64,000 nucleotides of DNA from NCBI GenBank assembly GCA_964234715.1, contig OZ174290.1. One strand, 5' to 3'. The stretch is from Podarcis melisellensis. Its lineage: Eukaryota. The translations under genes and the position numbers were made by a program. The notes under the pieces are model-generated. The model saw nothing but the letters and a program-made list of their open reading frames with translations, was not told the origin of the DNA and ran no database searches. Shown piece by piece: positions 49,770-62,752 of the stretch; the stretch's first letter is position 1, and each line of letters opens with the position of its first letter.

Positions 49770-50905
49770 GTATGGAGGAAGTACATGAACAATATTCTTC
49801 ATACGAGCTTGGCATGGTATGACTTTTGCTTCTGCTGTAACATGTGGAAGAGGAACATGCATTTTTCCCCAGGAAAGATCTATGGGCCGCTCCTATCTGG
49901 CATGCTGTACATTTATTTGCAGGGGAAGGTCAGTGAGTTCCCTGTTTGCAAGATACAGCAGACGCCTTTAAAAAGCTGCTCACACTTCCCTTTTTTGACA
50001 CTTTATTTGAAATAATCCTCAAGAACCACTGTAACATTTCAAAAACCCTGAATATTTTGAGTTTGGGTAGTTGTCTTATAGGCCTGCTTCCACAGACATT
50101 ATATACGTGATTTGTAAGGAGTTTCTTATTTAACATTCTGTTATATTTTAATACTAACATCACATTACCTTGGAGGGAATGGGAGTTATTTTATTTATTT
50201 TAAAATGTATATATCGCTTTACAGATTGCAAATGCAAGTATTCAGCAACAGATACAGGACAAGATACAGTGAAAGCAGGTGAAACACTTTGGGGGCTGCT
50301 TTGACTGCTGTCCTGTATCAGTTGTTGAATATGGGAAGCAGCATCAATAAAAACAAGGATGCAGCAACAGGCAATAAACCCATCTAATTAAAAACTTGGG
50401 AGAAGATTGGGGTGCCAGATGAATGTCTCTGGGAGTCCTTTCCACAACCGGGGTGCCAATACTTTGTTTCCATGCGCCTTGCCTCAGAAAGTTGGGGCAT
50501 TTGAAGAAAGACTTCTGAATAATTTGAGTGGGCGACTTCATTCAGGGAGTAGATGGTCTTTTTTAGAAAGCTTGGTCCCCTATTGCATTCGCCTTGGAGA
50601 TAAGCTGTAACTCACAGGCCAGAACGTTTCATTCCGTAATTCAGATCACCGTTTTCCTGTGGCTTTCAATTTGGAGTCATTCAGGTATGGTTACATAACG
50701 GAAATGATGTATTGGGTGCTCATGAGAGAGAGCGTCAAGTTTTCATCAGGCCACATTAATTTTAGCATTGCCTTTCTGGGTTTGCCTTGGCAATTAACAA
50801 TCCTCTAATGTAGCTTTATGCATGCAATCATTCACAAATATGGCCTGTGTAAGAGCGTTTATTGCCTTGGCTTAACTGTCTCTCTCTGTGTGTTTTATAC
50901 TTAAG

Positions 50906-51036
50906 GGATGGATCCTGGCACAGACCTACGTGGGACTGGAATGCTAGGATTAATGCAAACACTATATTTTGTAATGGATTCTCGGATATTACCCGTAGCT
51001 CGAGAGATTTTCAAGTTATCCCATCACGAAACACAG
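50906..51036 (+). CDS. ELMOD3: ELMOD3 exon with GAP catalytic Arg motif (GMDPGTDLRGTGMLGLMQTLYFVMDSRILPVAREIFKLSHHETQ)
   Basis: ttaag acceptor, 131 nt; PxTDLRGxG motif with Arg codon CGT at 50929-50931; donor is non-canonical CAG|gcacgt. Confidence 0.92.
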
Positions 51037-53932
51037 GCACGTTTCCTTTTTCTGAGCTCGGGTTTTTGAAATGTTATTGAAAACCTGTGGGAGAGATAAC
51101 TTTGCAAGCCTGGTCTCCTACTGGTTATAACAGAAGGCCTTTATTTTTTTACAGCCTAAATCATCAGCTTGAAAGATTCCTAGTGTCGACTGCTTTTGTC
51201 TGAACTGCCTCCCAGAAATGGTTCGGTCCTTTAACTACATCTCCTTGGACTACATGTTGGGAGATCTCATGTTCTAATAATTAGGGTATTTTAGTCTCTA
51301 AAAAATCCATGCCTGTAATGGCAAAGCACAGTTGGCCATTAGCTCTGAATTCAGCCATTTAATTTTTTCATCTCTCCTTTCCTTCTACTCTTCCCTCCCC
51401 ACCCCAATATAATCTTATTCCCGTCTGCCATACTATGCACCCCCATAATGTTTCCAGTATCCAAACAATCTCTGGCTGAATCTTTCAGGAGCCTTTGGCT
51501 GTGCTTTGTAGATGAGAGGGATGATGAACCTGTGACGCTCCAGATGTTGTTGGATGCCTCAGTCCCAGCCAGAATGACGACCACTCAGGGATGGTGGAGA
51601 TTAAAGTCCAGCAACATCTGGCGTGCCACAGGTGTCCCACCATTGTTTTAACTATCCAGTTTAGATTTTACTACCAATACTTGAACCTTCAGCCTGAAAC
51701 CTTCTTGTTTGAACTGCTTTCTGATCCAGGATTGAGGGTATTTGCATAAAATTTTGATGGGTTATGCTGCTTTCTTTGAGTGGAAGTTTGGGCATTGGCC
51801 TTGAGAATCCAGGCTAGGTCTTGATAGAAATGCAAATGGCCATATGGTATTAGTAGGTATATCTTAGATTGACCAAGGCAGAGATCTTTTTGCAGTAAAG
51901 GTGGCATTAGATTTCTTTTCTTTTTTGAAGAGGCTGGTTGATATTTGTATGTTCAGTACAACAACGTTTCGTGCTGAAATGATATTGCTTGTATTTCTCT
52001 CTCCTCCCCTTTCCCCAAATAAAAATACCAATAAATTATTGGGGGAGAATAAAATAAATTTAAGCACCACCTTTTCCATTAGCTTATTGAAAGGCATTTC
52101 TGGGAAACAGGGTGGAAACTAATGCATAATAAGATGCTGAAATGTAGCTGATGCTCCCATTGTGTCTCGAGGCTTTTGCTAAAATTGGTCCCACCAGAGG
52201 CTTTTGGAGGTCCAGAAAAAAGAGCCATTAGCATCTCAGCTGGCAGTCTGGTGGAGCCTTTGTGAACATGGTGCCTTCCAGACCAGCTGTGCTGATGGGA
52301 GTTTTACCTCTTTTACCTTTCAAGCCCAAAACTTCTGAAGGTCGTCAGGTGTAGCATATCTTTTTATGTTCCTATTTGGCAGGTCAGCTACGCTTGGTGG
52401 GTTTATGATTTGGTACTCCCTGCTCTTAACAGCATTTTCCCAAATTGTCTTACCAGTACTTTTCCTATTGACGTGAAGTTAGTATTCTGCAAACAGCCTA
52501 ACTGGAACCTTGCTGCTCTTTAATTTACAATAAATTATACCAGGGTACTAGAGTTTTCTTGATTTCTTTTTGGTTCTGTGATTTGGGTTTTGTGTGAGGA
52601 GTTTGCATTTTTAATACTTATGCTTCGTTAGGAAAGCAGAATTGGTTCAGGGACCCCCAATGGAGGGAAGCAGAAGAACAATGAGGTCCTGGGACCTCTG
52701 CTGGATGATCTTGAAATTCCTCTCCCTTTTCCTCTCAAAGGCCCACCCCAGTCCCTTTCCCATTTTCTAAGCAAGTTGAGGAAGTACCAATAATCACAAA
52801 GGGTGAAAACATGATTTTAATCACATATCCGCTCTCTTCCAGTATACTACAACTTACTATGTTGTGAATGCAAATAGGCAAAGTCAGTAAGGGATGGCAG
52901 GGGTAAGGTTTTGGGACTGCAGTGTTATTTGCTTGTCAGTCAGAATGGTCAAGGGCATGCTGTATAGTCCAGGGCAGGCATGATTTGTTCTTGAGGGCGG
53001 CAGGTTAGCTTTGGAGGTGGCTTTGCACACTGTTGTGTCCTTCCAACACCTTGCTGCTGCTCCCCATCATCTGCCGCCTGAAGCCGCTGTCTTACCATGC
53101 CCAATGGTACAGCTGGTCCTAAACAGTGGGCAAGAATGACAGAAAGCCAAGCTCTGAAGGGTTTGATCCAGACATAGCTATGCTTAGAGTTAGATAAACT
53201 GAAAATGTAATAGACAACAATTTCAATGGGTCTGCCGTGAGACTATGTCTGGATTCAACTCTTATTGTTAATGATTATTTTAAAAAATAAATACTGTATG
53301 TAAATCAATAAAACTAAAGTTCGGTTCTGAAAAGCAGAGGAAACAGAGCAAAGGAACAGAGAAGAAGACTTAGCCAAGCGAGGTCTTCTCCTAGGACTCG
53401 AGTTGCTTGGACCAAGAAGCAAGTTCTGAGGGTAGAACATTAAAAGGCCCATTGAGAAGGATTGGTGCTTGGGGTCAGCTGACGGGATGTTGTAAGATGC
53501 TGTGTTCTGCACTCTAAAGGCACCACTTAGGTTGCAGTACCAGTGTGTCAGGTTTGTGGTTGAGACAGCACCAGTGAGACAGCAGCTAAGATACTAGAGC
53601 TGGGACCAGAGCCTTGCTCTGAGATGTTTTGAACAGAGAAAATGCCACAACTTCAGGTCAAATGGGTCATACTTGATTTTTTTATAAAAGCAACAAAGCA
53701 AATCTGCATATCTGTTGAAAGGATTCATAATCTAAAACCAGAACATGTTGCCTGAATTTGACTCGCTTCTTAAATGTAAGGTCAAGTAGAGAAACTGACC
53801 CAAATCTCTGTGTAGGGGTTTCATTCAGGCATATATAAGTGAGCTAAAAAGAAAAAAGCAGTATGAATTTTACTTCCTATTAATTAGGGACAGGGCACAC
53901 TTTTTAAAAATGTATTTCCAATTCCTTTACAG

Positions 53933-54009
53933 AATTTCCCTTTCTGTGTGATGTCTGTCAATATTACTCGTATTGTAATCCAAGTACTGAGGGAAGAACG
54001 CCTTTCCAG
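53933..54009 (+). CDS. ELMOD3: ELMOD3 exon ([25 protein letters not shown])
   Basis: tttacag acceptor, CAG|gtgagt donor, 77 nt; FPFCxMSVNIT motif. Confidence 0.96.
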
Positions 54010-54432
54010 GTGAGTTCGTTGCAGATCTCTTTTATTACGGATGGCATGGTAGAGCTGTGTTCAAGTTGTTGCCGCTCTTTTCCTTGCTATGGAACCATGC
54101 AGCTCAAGAAGAATGAAAACATTTACATTGGCGTGGAAATTAAGTACCGCTTCCGTAAAATGTTGGGAATATATTGAATACATTTTTTTTGAAAAATTCC
54201 ACGAATACAGAAGATCCAGGACTGTAAGCATAACTGACAGGTCAGTCAGCTAAATTGAGGGCCCACTGCAAGCTAGATCCTTATCTACTCTTACCCCGTG
54301 TGAGCCAAATTTGATAGGAGGTGGGCCATCCTCCTGTCATTCAGCCAATGCATCCCTGTGAGAAATTTGATCACACAGCTGATCCCTGCAGAAAGCAGGC
54401 ACCTCCACTCCTCAGATGATGTTTTCCCCAGT

Positions 54433-54810
54433 AGGGGACGCAGGTGGCGCTGTGGTCTAAACCTCTGAGCCTCTTGGGGTTGCTGATTGGAAGATCGGCG
54501 GTTCGAATCTCCATGACAGGGTGAGCTCCTGTTGCTCTGTCTCAGCTCCTGCCAACCTAGCAGTTCGAAAGCACACCAGCGCAAGTAGATAAATAGGTAC
54601 CACCGCAACGGGAAAATAAACGGTGTTTCCATGCACTCTGGTTTCCCTCACGGTGTTCCATAAGCGGTTTTGTCCTGCTGGCCACACGACCCGGAAATCT
54701 GTCTGTGGAAAAACGCTGGCTCCCTCGGCCTGGAAGCAGAGATGAGTTCTACACCCCATAGTTGATTTCAACTGGACTGAACCATCCAGGGGTCCTTTAC
54801 TTTTACCTTT
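54433..54810 (+). mobile_element. Full-length Sauria SINE (subfamily B)
   Basis: Head and tail present; approximate TSD tttcccc(c)agt on both sides. Confidence 0.9.
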
Positions 54811-56164
54811 CCCCCAGTGCTCTCCATTGTGAAAGAGGGGGATGGCAAAGCTGAATAGGGCTTGCAGCTTGAAAAACAAGCCTTGCTATATTTTTGGTTT
54901 ACCACTTGTGGTTAGTTTGAATGGTAAATCACGACAAATCATGCACTGTGTGTGTGTGAAGAGTCCTGGAAGACTTGCTCTCTGCCTTGCAAGTTTTTTC
55001 CACCTGGCCTGGTATGGCAGGGCAGGGTCCTGACTGACTCCAGCTACAGAAGCTGAGGCTGTTGAACACACTTCGGCTGGGATGTTTGGGGGTATTTTGT
55101 TGGGGTGGAGTTGTTGCTGGTTTTTTTTTTTTTTGTATCTTCATTTTAGATCTTGCGATTTATGTGAAAATTGTGCATTTTTTGATGTTTCATTTATTGT
55201 TTATGACTACTTTTGTTCTGTTTTTTTTAATGTAGTAAGACAACTTGAGCATTTGAGGCACATTCACGATTAAACCATAGTTTATGACATGGGGCATGCT
55301 GATGTTTTGGAGAGGCATTTGTACCCCAAAGCCACGCATGCTTACTTTGGAGTAAGCCTCGCTATGTTTGGATGGGCTTACTCGTTAGTAAGGAGGCTTA
55401 GGAATGCAAGTTTTCAGGGGGGAGTGCATTGCTGCAAATGTGGCACGTAGCAGGAATCACACCACTTACTGACGCTTGGGTTTTAAAGTGACTTAAAAAA
55501 ATGTCTCTTTAAAAGCAAACTAATTCAGGGCAGCTCATGGGTAGGATATTACTTTGGGGGTATAATTTTGTGGGGAATTTTATTTAGTGGTGCCTTGGGG
55601 GTTATGATAAATGAAGGCCAATGAAAGGGAATTGATGTGGAGCAGAAGATGGGGGGGGGGAATTAATTGGGAGGGGGAATTGAAGAGGAGCTGCTTTAGG
55701 TCTTTGTGCGTTTGCTTCAAAGCTTTGTTCTGCTCGGGGGGGGGGGGGATTTTACACATGCTCAGTGCCCGAGATGCCAGACTTTTTGAGAACAAAATGT
55801 GACAACCCTATTCATCCTCTTCCAAGATGTGGAAAGACTACCTCCTTCCTGCCAGTCCGTACTGCAGAAATTGGTGACCATTTTTTTGTCAGTTCTGGAA
55901 AAGGGGAGGAGGAAAGATTGCCAGGAGGGCACTTACAGAATTAAAAGCAGCCTAGAATTCCTTAGTACCATCAAACCTAACACATTTATTGTTGCCTTAG
56001 CTTTTTGTAAGCCAAGATCTTATTTCTTCGGATGCATGCATTGTACCACGTGGGTTTCATAGTGCTTCATGTACACCTGGTATTGTAGTGACCCTTACTG
56101 TGAGCCTCCAAGGTAGACCTGTATTATTATCCCCACATGTGGCCATGGCTAGCACACATAATAA

Positions 56165-57046
56165 AAAGCAAAGGACCCCTGGATGGTTAAGTCCAGTCAA
56201 AGGTGACTATGGGGTTGTGGCACTCATCTCTTTTTCAGGCTGAGGGAGCCGGCGTTCGCTCACAGACAGCTTTCCAAGTCATGTGGCCAGCAGGACAAAA
56301 CCACTTCTCTCCCCCCCCTAATTTTTATTAAATTTCCCCAAATATCTTTAACATAATACAGCTTAACAATATTTCTCCTTTAAATCTATATCTTATCTGA
56401 GTTAACTTCCCTCCACCCCTCTTCTGGCTTCGCTACATTGCTCTTGCTTAAGTGTGATTACTATATATACATTCTATTAGTGTCTATAATTCCTTAATAA
56501 ATTTTTGTATTATACTTTGGACATACATTATTACAATACAGCATTACATCTTGTGGTCTACCCAAATGTTTACAATAAACGTTATGAGTTTTATTTAAGT
56601 CCTGTGAGTCTCTTTATTTATGTACAGTTTTCTCTTAAGTATACCATAAATTTGGACCATTCTTTTTGGAATTTCCCATCGTCCTGCTGTTGGATTCTTC
56701 CAGTTAGCCTTGCTATTTCCGCATACTCCAATACTTTCTGTTGCCATTCTTCAATTGTTGGGATATCCTGTTGTTTCGATCTCTGTACGAGGAGTAGTCT
56801 TCCTGTTGTTGTGGCATACAGGAAGAATTTCTGATCCTCCAACCAGAGCGCATGGAAACGCTGTTTACCTTCCTGCCACAGTGGTACCTATTTATCTACT
56901 TGCATTGGCATGCTTTTGAACTTCTAGGTTGGCAGGAGCTGGGACAGAGCAACGGGAGCACACCCCGTCATGGGGATTCAAACCGCTGACCTCCTGATTG
57001 GCAAGCCCAAGAGGCTCAGTGGTTTGGACCACAGCGCCACTCGCTG
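56165..57046 (-). mobile_element. Sauria SINE (subfamily B) split by an L1-like 3' fragment (~56310-56838)
   Basis: SINE halves at ~56165-56307 and ~56840-57046; the insert encodes FFLYATTTGRLLLVQ...IPTIEEWQQKVLEYAE. Confidence 0.85.
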
Positions 57047-57365
57047 GGCCATCATCTCAGGCTTTCTTTTGACATGGGTGTGTGTGAACTCCCCCTTGTT
57101 TTACCTTAAATTCCAGAGGAGTGTTGTCTTTCCCCCCCAGCAAAATGAAATGTTTCTTGGCAAGCGAAGGCATGCTCTTAGTGACGGAAATGCAAGTCTT
57201 TGCCAGCCAATATGGAGTGACATTACTGAGCCAGATCGACCAGAAGTCTGAATGGTATAAAGCAGCTCCTTGTGTGTCGTTTCCCTTTTGTCTTTTCCTG
57301 TTAATAAGGCCCAGTGATAGGAAAGATGACCCTGGCAGTAAATTTGTTGTACTTGTCTCTTTCAG

Positions 57366-57493
57366 AGAGTGTAATCGAAGGCAGCAAGTCATTGCAGTGC
57401 TAAATGATTTGTACGTGGCTGTATTTTTACGCCTCTTCAACATCTGGAAAGCACAACAAAAGACTATTTCCGACTCTGGTTTTGTTCTAAAAG
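57366..57493 (+). CDS. ELMOD3: ELMOD3 exon ([42 protein letters not shown])
   Basis: ctttcag acceptor, AAG|gtgggc donor, 128 nt; [11 protein letters not shown] motif. Confidence 0.96.
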
Positions 57494-58386
57494 GTGGGCT
57501 GTTTTAGTCCTGTTCAAAAGAAAGAAAATATATAGTATAACAATTCCTTGTTCCGTGCATGTATGTTGCTTTATGAGAGAGCTGATTGCCATGATCAGTC
57601 TCATGTGCGGAGATAAATGTTTGTGTCGTTGATTCTTGAATATGGTGCTGCAGGCAAATGCTATGTGTCAGTTTATAACTGGGCAAGTAAAGCAAATGTG
57701 CTGGCATTTGTTGAATTTGCATAACTGAAGCTAGGTCTGACGCCTAATTAAAGAAATTCTAGCTGATTAATCAGGTGTTTTAATTAATTAAATAAATCTG
57801 CCTAAGTTTGCATATTCCTTATACAGTCCCACAATTCTTTTTGAGGAAAAGGAAAAGGAGGTATATAAATGTAATAAATTATATGTGTGTGTGTGTACAG
57901 GCACTCTCTGCATGCGCAGAATTTCTGAGCTTTCAGTTGTACTTGCATCTTCAAGCTAGTGCATCTTCAAAGCTCCTGCCTTCTGTTAAAAATCAGGACT
58001 CCAAAATGTGATTCTTGGATTGCCACATGCTGCACCCAGTATTGAATTCTGTGTTTGCAAGATGCAGTCATGAACCTGCAGAACACTCCCCTGACCATAG
58101 CTGCTTAAAGAGACTGGAAGAATTTGGAAAGCAACTTTTTACTTGGCTTCTAGACTCCTCTCCAAAATGTCATTTTCATAGCCGTGCAGGTTTGCAGTAC
58201 ATTTTCTCCATGTTCTTCTTCATAACTTTATAAACCTTTACCCTGATACCAGCACCAACCCTGCACTTGGCTTAAAAAGCTCAAAAGTGGCCTTTACTCA
58301 CAGGGAAGGTAAGCTGGAAGTCAAAATGGCTAACCTTTTTCCAACCCGGGTGTCTTGACTTCTTCAGAGCATGTTCCTACCAGATA

Positions 58387-58628
58387 CAGTGACACCTCGG
58401 GTTAAGAACTTAATTCGTTCTGGAGGTCTGTTCTTAACCTGAAACTGTTCTTAACGTGAAGCACCACTTTAGCTAATGGGGCCTCCCACTGCTGCTGCAC
58501 TGCCGGAGCACAATTTCTGTTCTCATACTGAAGCAAAGTTCTTAACCCGAGGTACTATTTCTGGGTTAGCGGAGTTTGTAACCTGAATCATCTGTAACCT
58601 GAAGCGTATGTAACTCGAGGTACCACTG
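58387..58628. mobile_element. Tc1/mariner-type MITE, same family as 33333 in opposite orientation
   Basis: TA-flanked TIRs; shares ccccattagctaaagtggtgcttca core. Confidence 0.85.
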
Positions 58629-58692
58629 TATCATCTCTCTCTCTCTCTCTCTTTCTTTCTCTCTTTCTCTCTTTCTATTTTTCTTTTTGCAG

Positions 58693-58916
58693 AAGTGGAG
58701 GCATTTGCTAAAAGAAACCCGAAGCAGCTGCTGAGACATTTGGAGACTTACATGAACGGGATTTCGCTTTCAGCAGGGGAAGACGGCTTTCAGGCCAACG
58801 CTTTCACCTCGGAAGTTCTCGGTTCGAACCTGAACTCTGTGAGAGCTGACAGTAAGGAGCTGAATTTTACTGGAGTCGGTGACCTGCCGACGTCGGAGAG
58901 AGAGCAAGACAGCTGA
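58693..58916 (+). CDS. ELMOD3: ELMOD3 last coding exon (EVEAFAKRNPKQLLRHLETYM...KELNFTGVGDLPTSEREQDS*)
   Basis: Long CT tract plus tgcag acceptor; TGA at 58914-58916; joined CDS is 1110 nt and in frame. Confidence 0.93.
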
Positions 58917-60023
58917 TCCGGTCCCAGGGAAATGGGGAAAGTCCTTCTACATGATAAGTCGACAAAGCCGGTTGATATGGTCTCTTAGTGGCTCTGTGGC
59001 CCGGCTGCAGAAAGGCTCACAGGGAGGGCTGAAGGTCTTTGAATGCTGCTAAAGTAGAAGTGCGGGGGCTTCAGTTTGGGCCAGAGGCGCTAAGCAAGGT
59101 ATAGCGAGAGCCCCAGGGGTGGAGTCTGGGTTCAAGAGCAAACTGCTTCAATTCTACAACGAAGCAATCTGGGCAGGATCCATTCATCCCGGTTAGTAGC
59201 ACTAAAGCTGTGAAGCTGACCTTTCTTTTGTTGCGGGAGTGTATATCTAAATTTCCAAATCCTCTCGCACACTGAAAACAAAAGTTTTCTTCCTGTTCCC
59301 GAGGTTTGTTAGAGCTAAGAAACCTATGTTTATGCATTGCTGAATGCGAGCTAATGTGAGCCTTGAGCTGCTGCAACCAGAGGCTACAATTCCTTCAGTT
59401 AGGATTTTTATTATTATTATTATTATTATTACTGGGGAACGTACGAGACACAAAGCTGTTGAATCCCTTTTACTCCCGTCAACTGGGAAGCATCGATTTC
59501 TCAGTTGATGTGCACCTGCTGTGACATATCAACCCACAGGATGTGTATGTGTGTGTGTGTGTCTTTTGTTTTTTAAATGGGATTGTCAACAGGAACCACT
59601 GAATGTGTACTGAAATTGTGAGCACCCGACTTATATGCTATTGAGGGTGCTCACAGACAACCAGCAATGACACAGTAGTTGTGTGAAAAGGTACCATATG
59701 GCGGCTGCAACTGCAAGGTGAGGCATTGTGTGGCTTTTAACCATCTGGAAAACCCAGTGGTTACTACACCTCTGTTTTCCTGGATGGCTGGGGTGGTGAG
59801 GAGGGATGGTAGCCGTGGTACTACTAGGCTTACCATATGACTGGCTAACATAGGAATGACTCTTGTAATGTGGTGGAGATGGCCACACAGAGCTTTTCAG
59901 CAGCTGACATGTGGTGCCCAGTGACTCATTTTCACCCTGCGATAATCTCCTTCGGACGTCCTGTCCGGCGTACCAGCTGTATTGTATGTAAAGTTGTAGC
60001 CCTGGCTGATACTGGGCTTTTCC

Positions 60024-60087
60024 ATTAAACTTACTACAATCTTCAACCCTAAGCTATGTGTCTGTTTTCTTCATACCATGAAATAAA
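60024..60087 (+). terminator. Candidate ELMOD3 polyadenylation signals (ATTAAA 60024 with downstream GU-rich element; AATAAA 60082)
   Basis: Hexamers about 1.1 kb after the stop; tatgtgtctgttttct lies ~30 nt after ATTAAA. Confidence 0.5.
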
Positions 60088-60094
60088 AAGAAAA

Positions 60095-60458
60095 AAGTAA
60101 AGGTCCTCTCGATGGTTAAAGGCGACTATGGGGTTGCGGCGCTTGTCCCGCTTTCAGGCTAAGGGTGCTGGAGTTTGACCACAGACAGCTTTCCGGGTCA
60201 TGTGGCCAGCATGACTAAACTGCCTCTGGTGCAATGGAACACCGTGAGGGAAACCAGAGTGCATGGAAACGACGTTTACCTTCCTGCCGCAGTGGTACCT
60301 ATTTAACTACTTGCACTGGTGTGCTTTCAAACTGCTAGGTTGGCAGGAGCTGGGACAGAGCAACAGGAGTTCATCCCGTCGTGGGGATTCAGACCACCCC
60401 CCTTCTGACTGGCAAGCCTAAGAGGCTCAGTGGTTTAGGCCACAGCGCCACCCATGTC
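60095..60458 (-). mobile_element. Sauria SINE (subfamily B)
   Basis: Homologous to 54433 and 56165. Confidence 0.88.
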
Positions 60459-60629
60459 ACCTTTGAGTTTAAATAAACGTACTTATAGAGGCACTGTGGG
60501 CTGCCACATTGCTCACCAACTCCATCTACCCGACCTGCAACCCCCTGCCAACTTCCACCGTCCCTTTATACCTCACCCAACACCCCCCCCCGCGACCCCT
60601 CACAACTCTTTTGTGTCCTTCCGTCAGGA

Positions 60630-62250
60630 TGGTGTCGAAAATATAAAAGGCCTAAAAAGACCTAGAAAGTTATTTTTGTTTCATTCAATTCAAGAGATTG
60701 GCTAGACAGATTGTTTCAATACATGGCAAAAAGATATTTCTAAATATATATTTGGCAATGGAAAAATCCGAGAATAAAATATAAAATATTGATAGATGCG
60801 AAAGAGAGAGGTTTCTCTCTGCCGGATATGAGGTTATACCATGAAACATCTTGTCTTTGTTGGTTGAAGGAATGGATGATATTGGAGAATTCACATATTT
60901 TAGACTTAGAGGTTATGATAATATTTTCAGTTGGCACACTTGTTTACGGTATGAAAAGGTGAAAGTACATCAAGGATTTACAAATCATATAATTAGGAAA
61001 AAGTTGTATAGAGTATATAAATATATTAGAGGCAAAAAGACCATTTTGGCTCTCACTGTTGGAAGCTGTAGGGGTAAAGAAAATATGATTGAAGGTGGAC
61101 AACTTATAGAAAGCAGAGTATCAAAAGAATTTTAGGAATCATCAGGAAAATTAATAACATGGACACAATATCATTTGAACAAAGTATTTAAGAAAGGATA
61201 CAAAGGATATCACAACTGGAAAGAGATCTGTTGGAATGAGATGTAAAAGTGCTGTCTAAAATGTATAAAATATTATTGGAATGGGAGACAAAGGATGAGC
61301 AAATAAAATCATTGATCTATTGGGTAATAAATATTGGCCATAATATAGATAGGGAAGCATGGGAACGATTGTGGAATATGGATATAAAATTTACAGATTA
61401 TTGTCTAAGAGAAAATTATATGAAAATGCTATATTGATGGTACCTAATACCGAGTAAATTGGCAAAAATGTATAAATCAAAATCAAATAAATGTTGGAAA
61501 TGTAAAGAGTAAGAAGGTTCTTTTCATCAAATGTGGTGGTCTTGTGGTAAGGTTAAAGCTTACTGGGAAATGATATTCATTATACATTGGTACCTTGATT
61601 TTCAAACGTTTCCGTTGATGAACATTTCGTTTTTTGAACGCTGTAAACCTGGAAGTAAGTGCTTCGGTTTTCGAACACGCCTCAAAAGTTGAACATGCCA
61701 CGCGGCTTCTGTACTGAGTTTTCCGTACTGAGGCTTCCGTATTGAGTTTGTGGTTTTCGAACATTTCAGAACTCGGAACAGTCTTCCGGAACGGATTACG
61801 TTCAAAAACCAAGGTACCACTGTATAATGAATTGAAAAATATGTTTAAAATAATGTTTGTAAAAGAACCCAGAAGCCAGCCTTTTGGGAATTATAGGGAC
61901 AGAACTACCCAAACTGTATAGAAATTTATTCATGTATGCGACTACAGTGTTAGTTGCCAAAAATGGAAAGAGGAATGGATACAAAAACTTAACGGAATAT
62001 GCATAAGTGGAAAAAATTACCAGAAAAATAAGAAATCAAGATAAAAAACTTTTTATAAAAGAATGGAAATAGTTTATTGAATATTTCCAAAAAACAAACA
62101 AACTGTAAACAGGTAAGAACATTGGCAGGATTATTGTAATAACCTGCAGATTTATGGGAGTATATATTTAAAGTAGATGAATAAATGAGTAAATTAAGTT
62201 AATTTGGAATATGCAGAAAATATAAAAAAATTAAATATAAAAAAAATCTG
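60630..62250 (+). mobile_element. Degraded L1-like ORF2 3' region, interrupted by a MITE at 61585-61822
   Basis: LSKMYKILLEW...WERLW...NKCWKCKE remnants homologous to the 3246 element; inner TA-flanked ca(t/g)tggtacc...ggtaccactg element. Confidence 0.8.
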
Positions 62251-62752
62251 TATATATAAAGAAATTTATATATAAAAAATAAAACAAATGCACAGTGTTG
62301 CACACTGGAGGGCTTGTTTTGGGGGAGATTTGCTTGGGATCAGATGGCATTGCAAATTTCAGTATTGCATGCAAGCTTTTGAATGACACTTTGGTACAAG
62401 GCTGATCAGACCCAGAGCCTTATCATGCTAGTATATAATAGACCCATATTCTTATCTCTGATGCTGCATAAAGAAAGTTTTCTCCACACTAAGCTTCTTC
62501 CAGGAGGAAACAGAATTAATAAATGAACAGTTGCAACACTTGTGTGAGGGACGTCTCCTCCAAATCTATTCCTGTGGCATGGCCACACTTCCTCCATTTC
62601 TCAAAGGGAGCCCTGAAACAGTGTGATCTCTGATTCAGTTGCCTGCCCTACCCTTACATTACATGAATAATTTCTGCAGCCTCCATCGTACAGTACAGTC
62701 GACCTGCAGCTTACATAGAGGCAAAAATTGTGTACAGTGTAAAAATTGTGTA

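Noticed and set aside
50906-51069. ELMOD3 pseudogenisation due to missing GT donor
   Set aside because: All exons are intact and in phase; a GC donor explains it more simply
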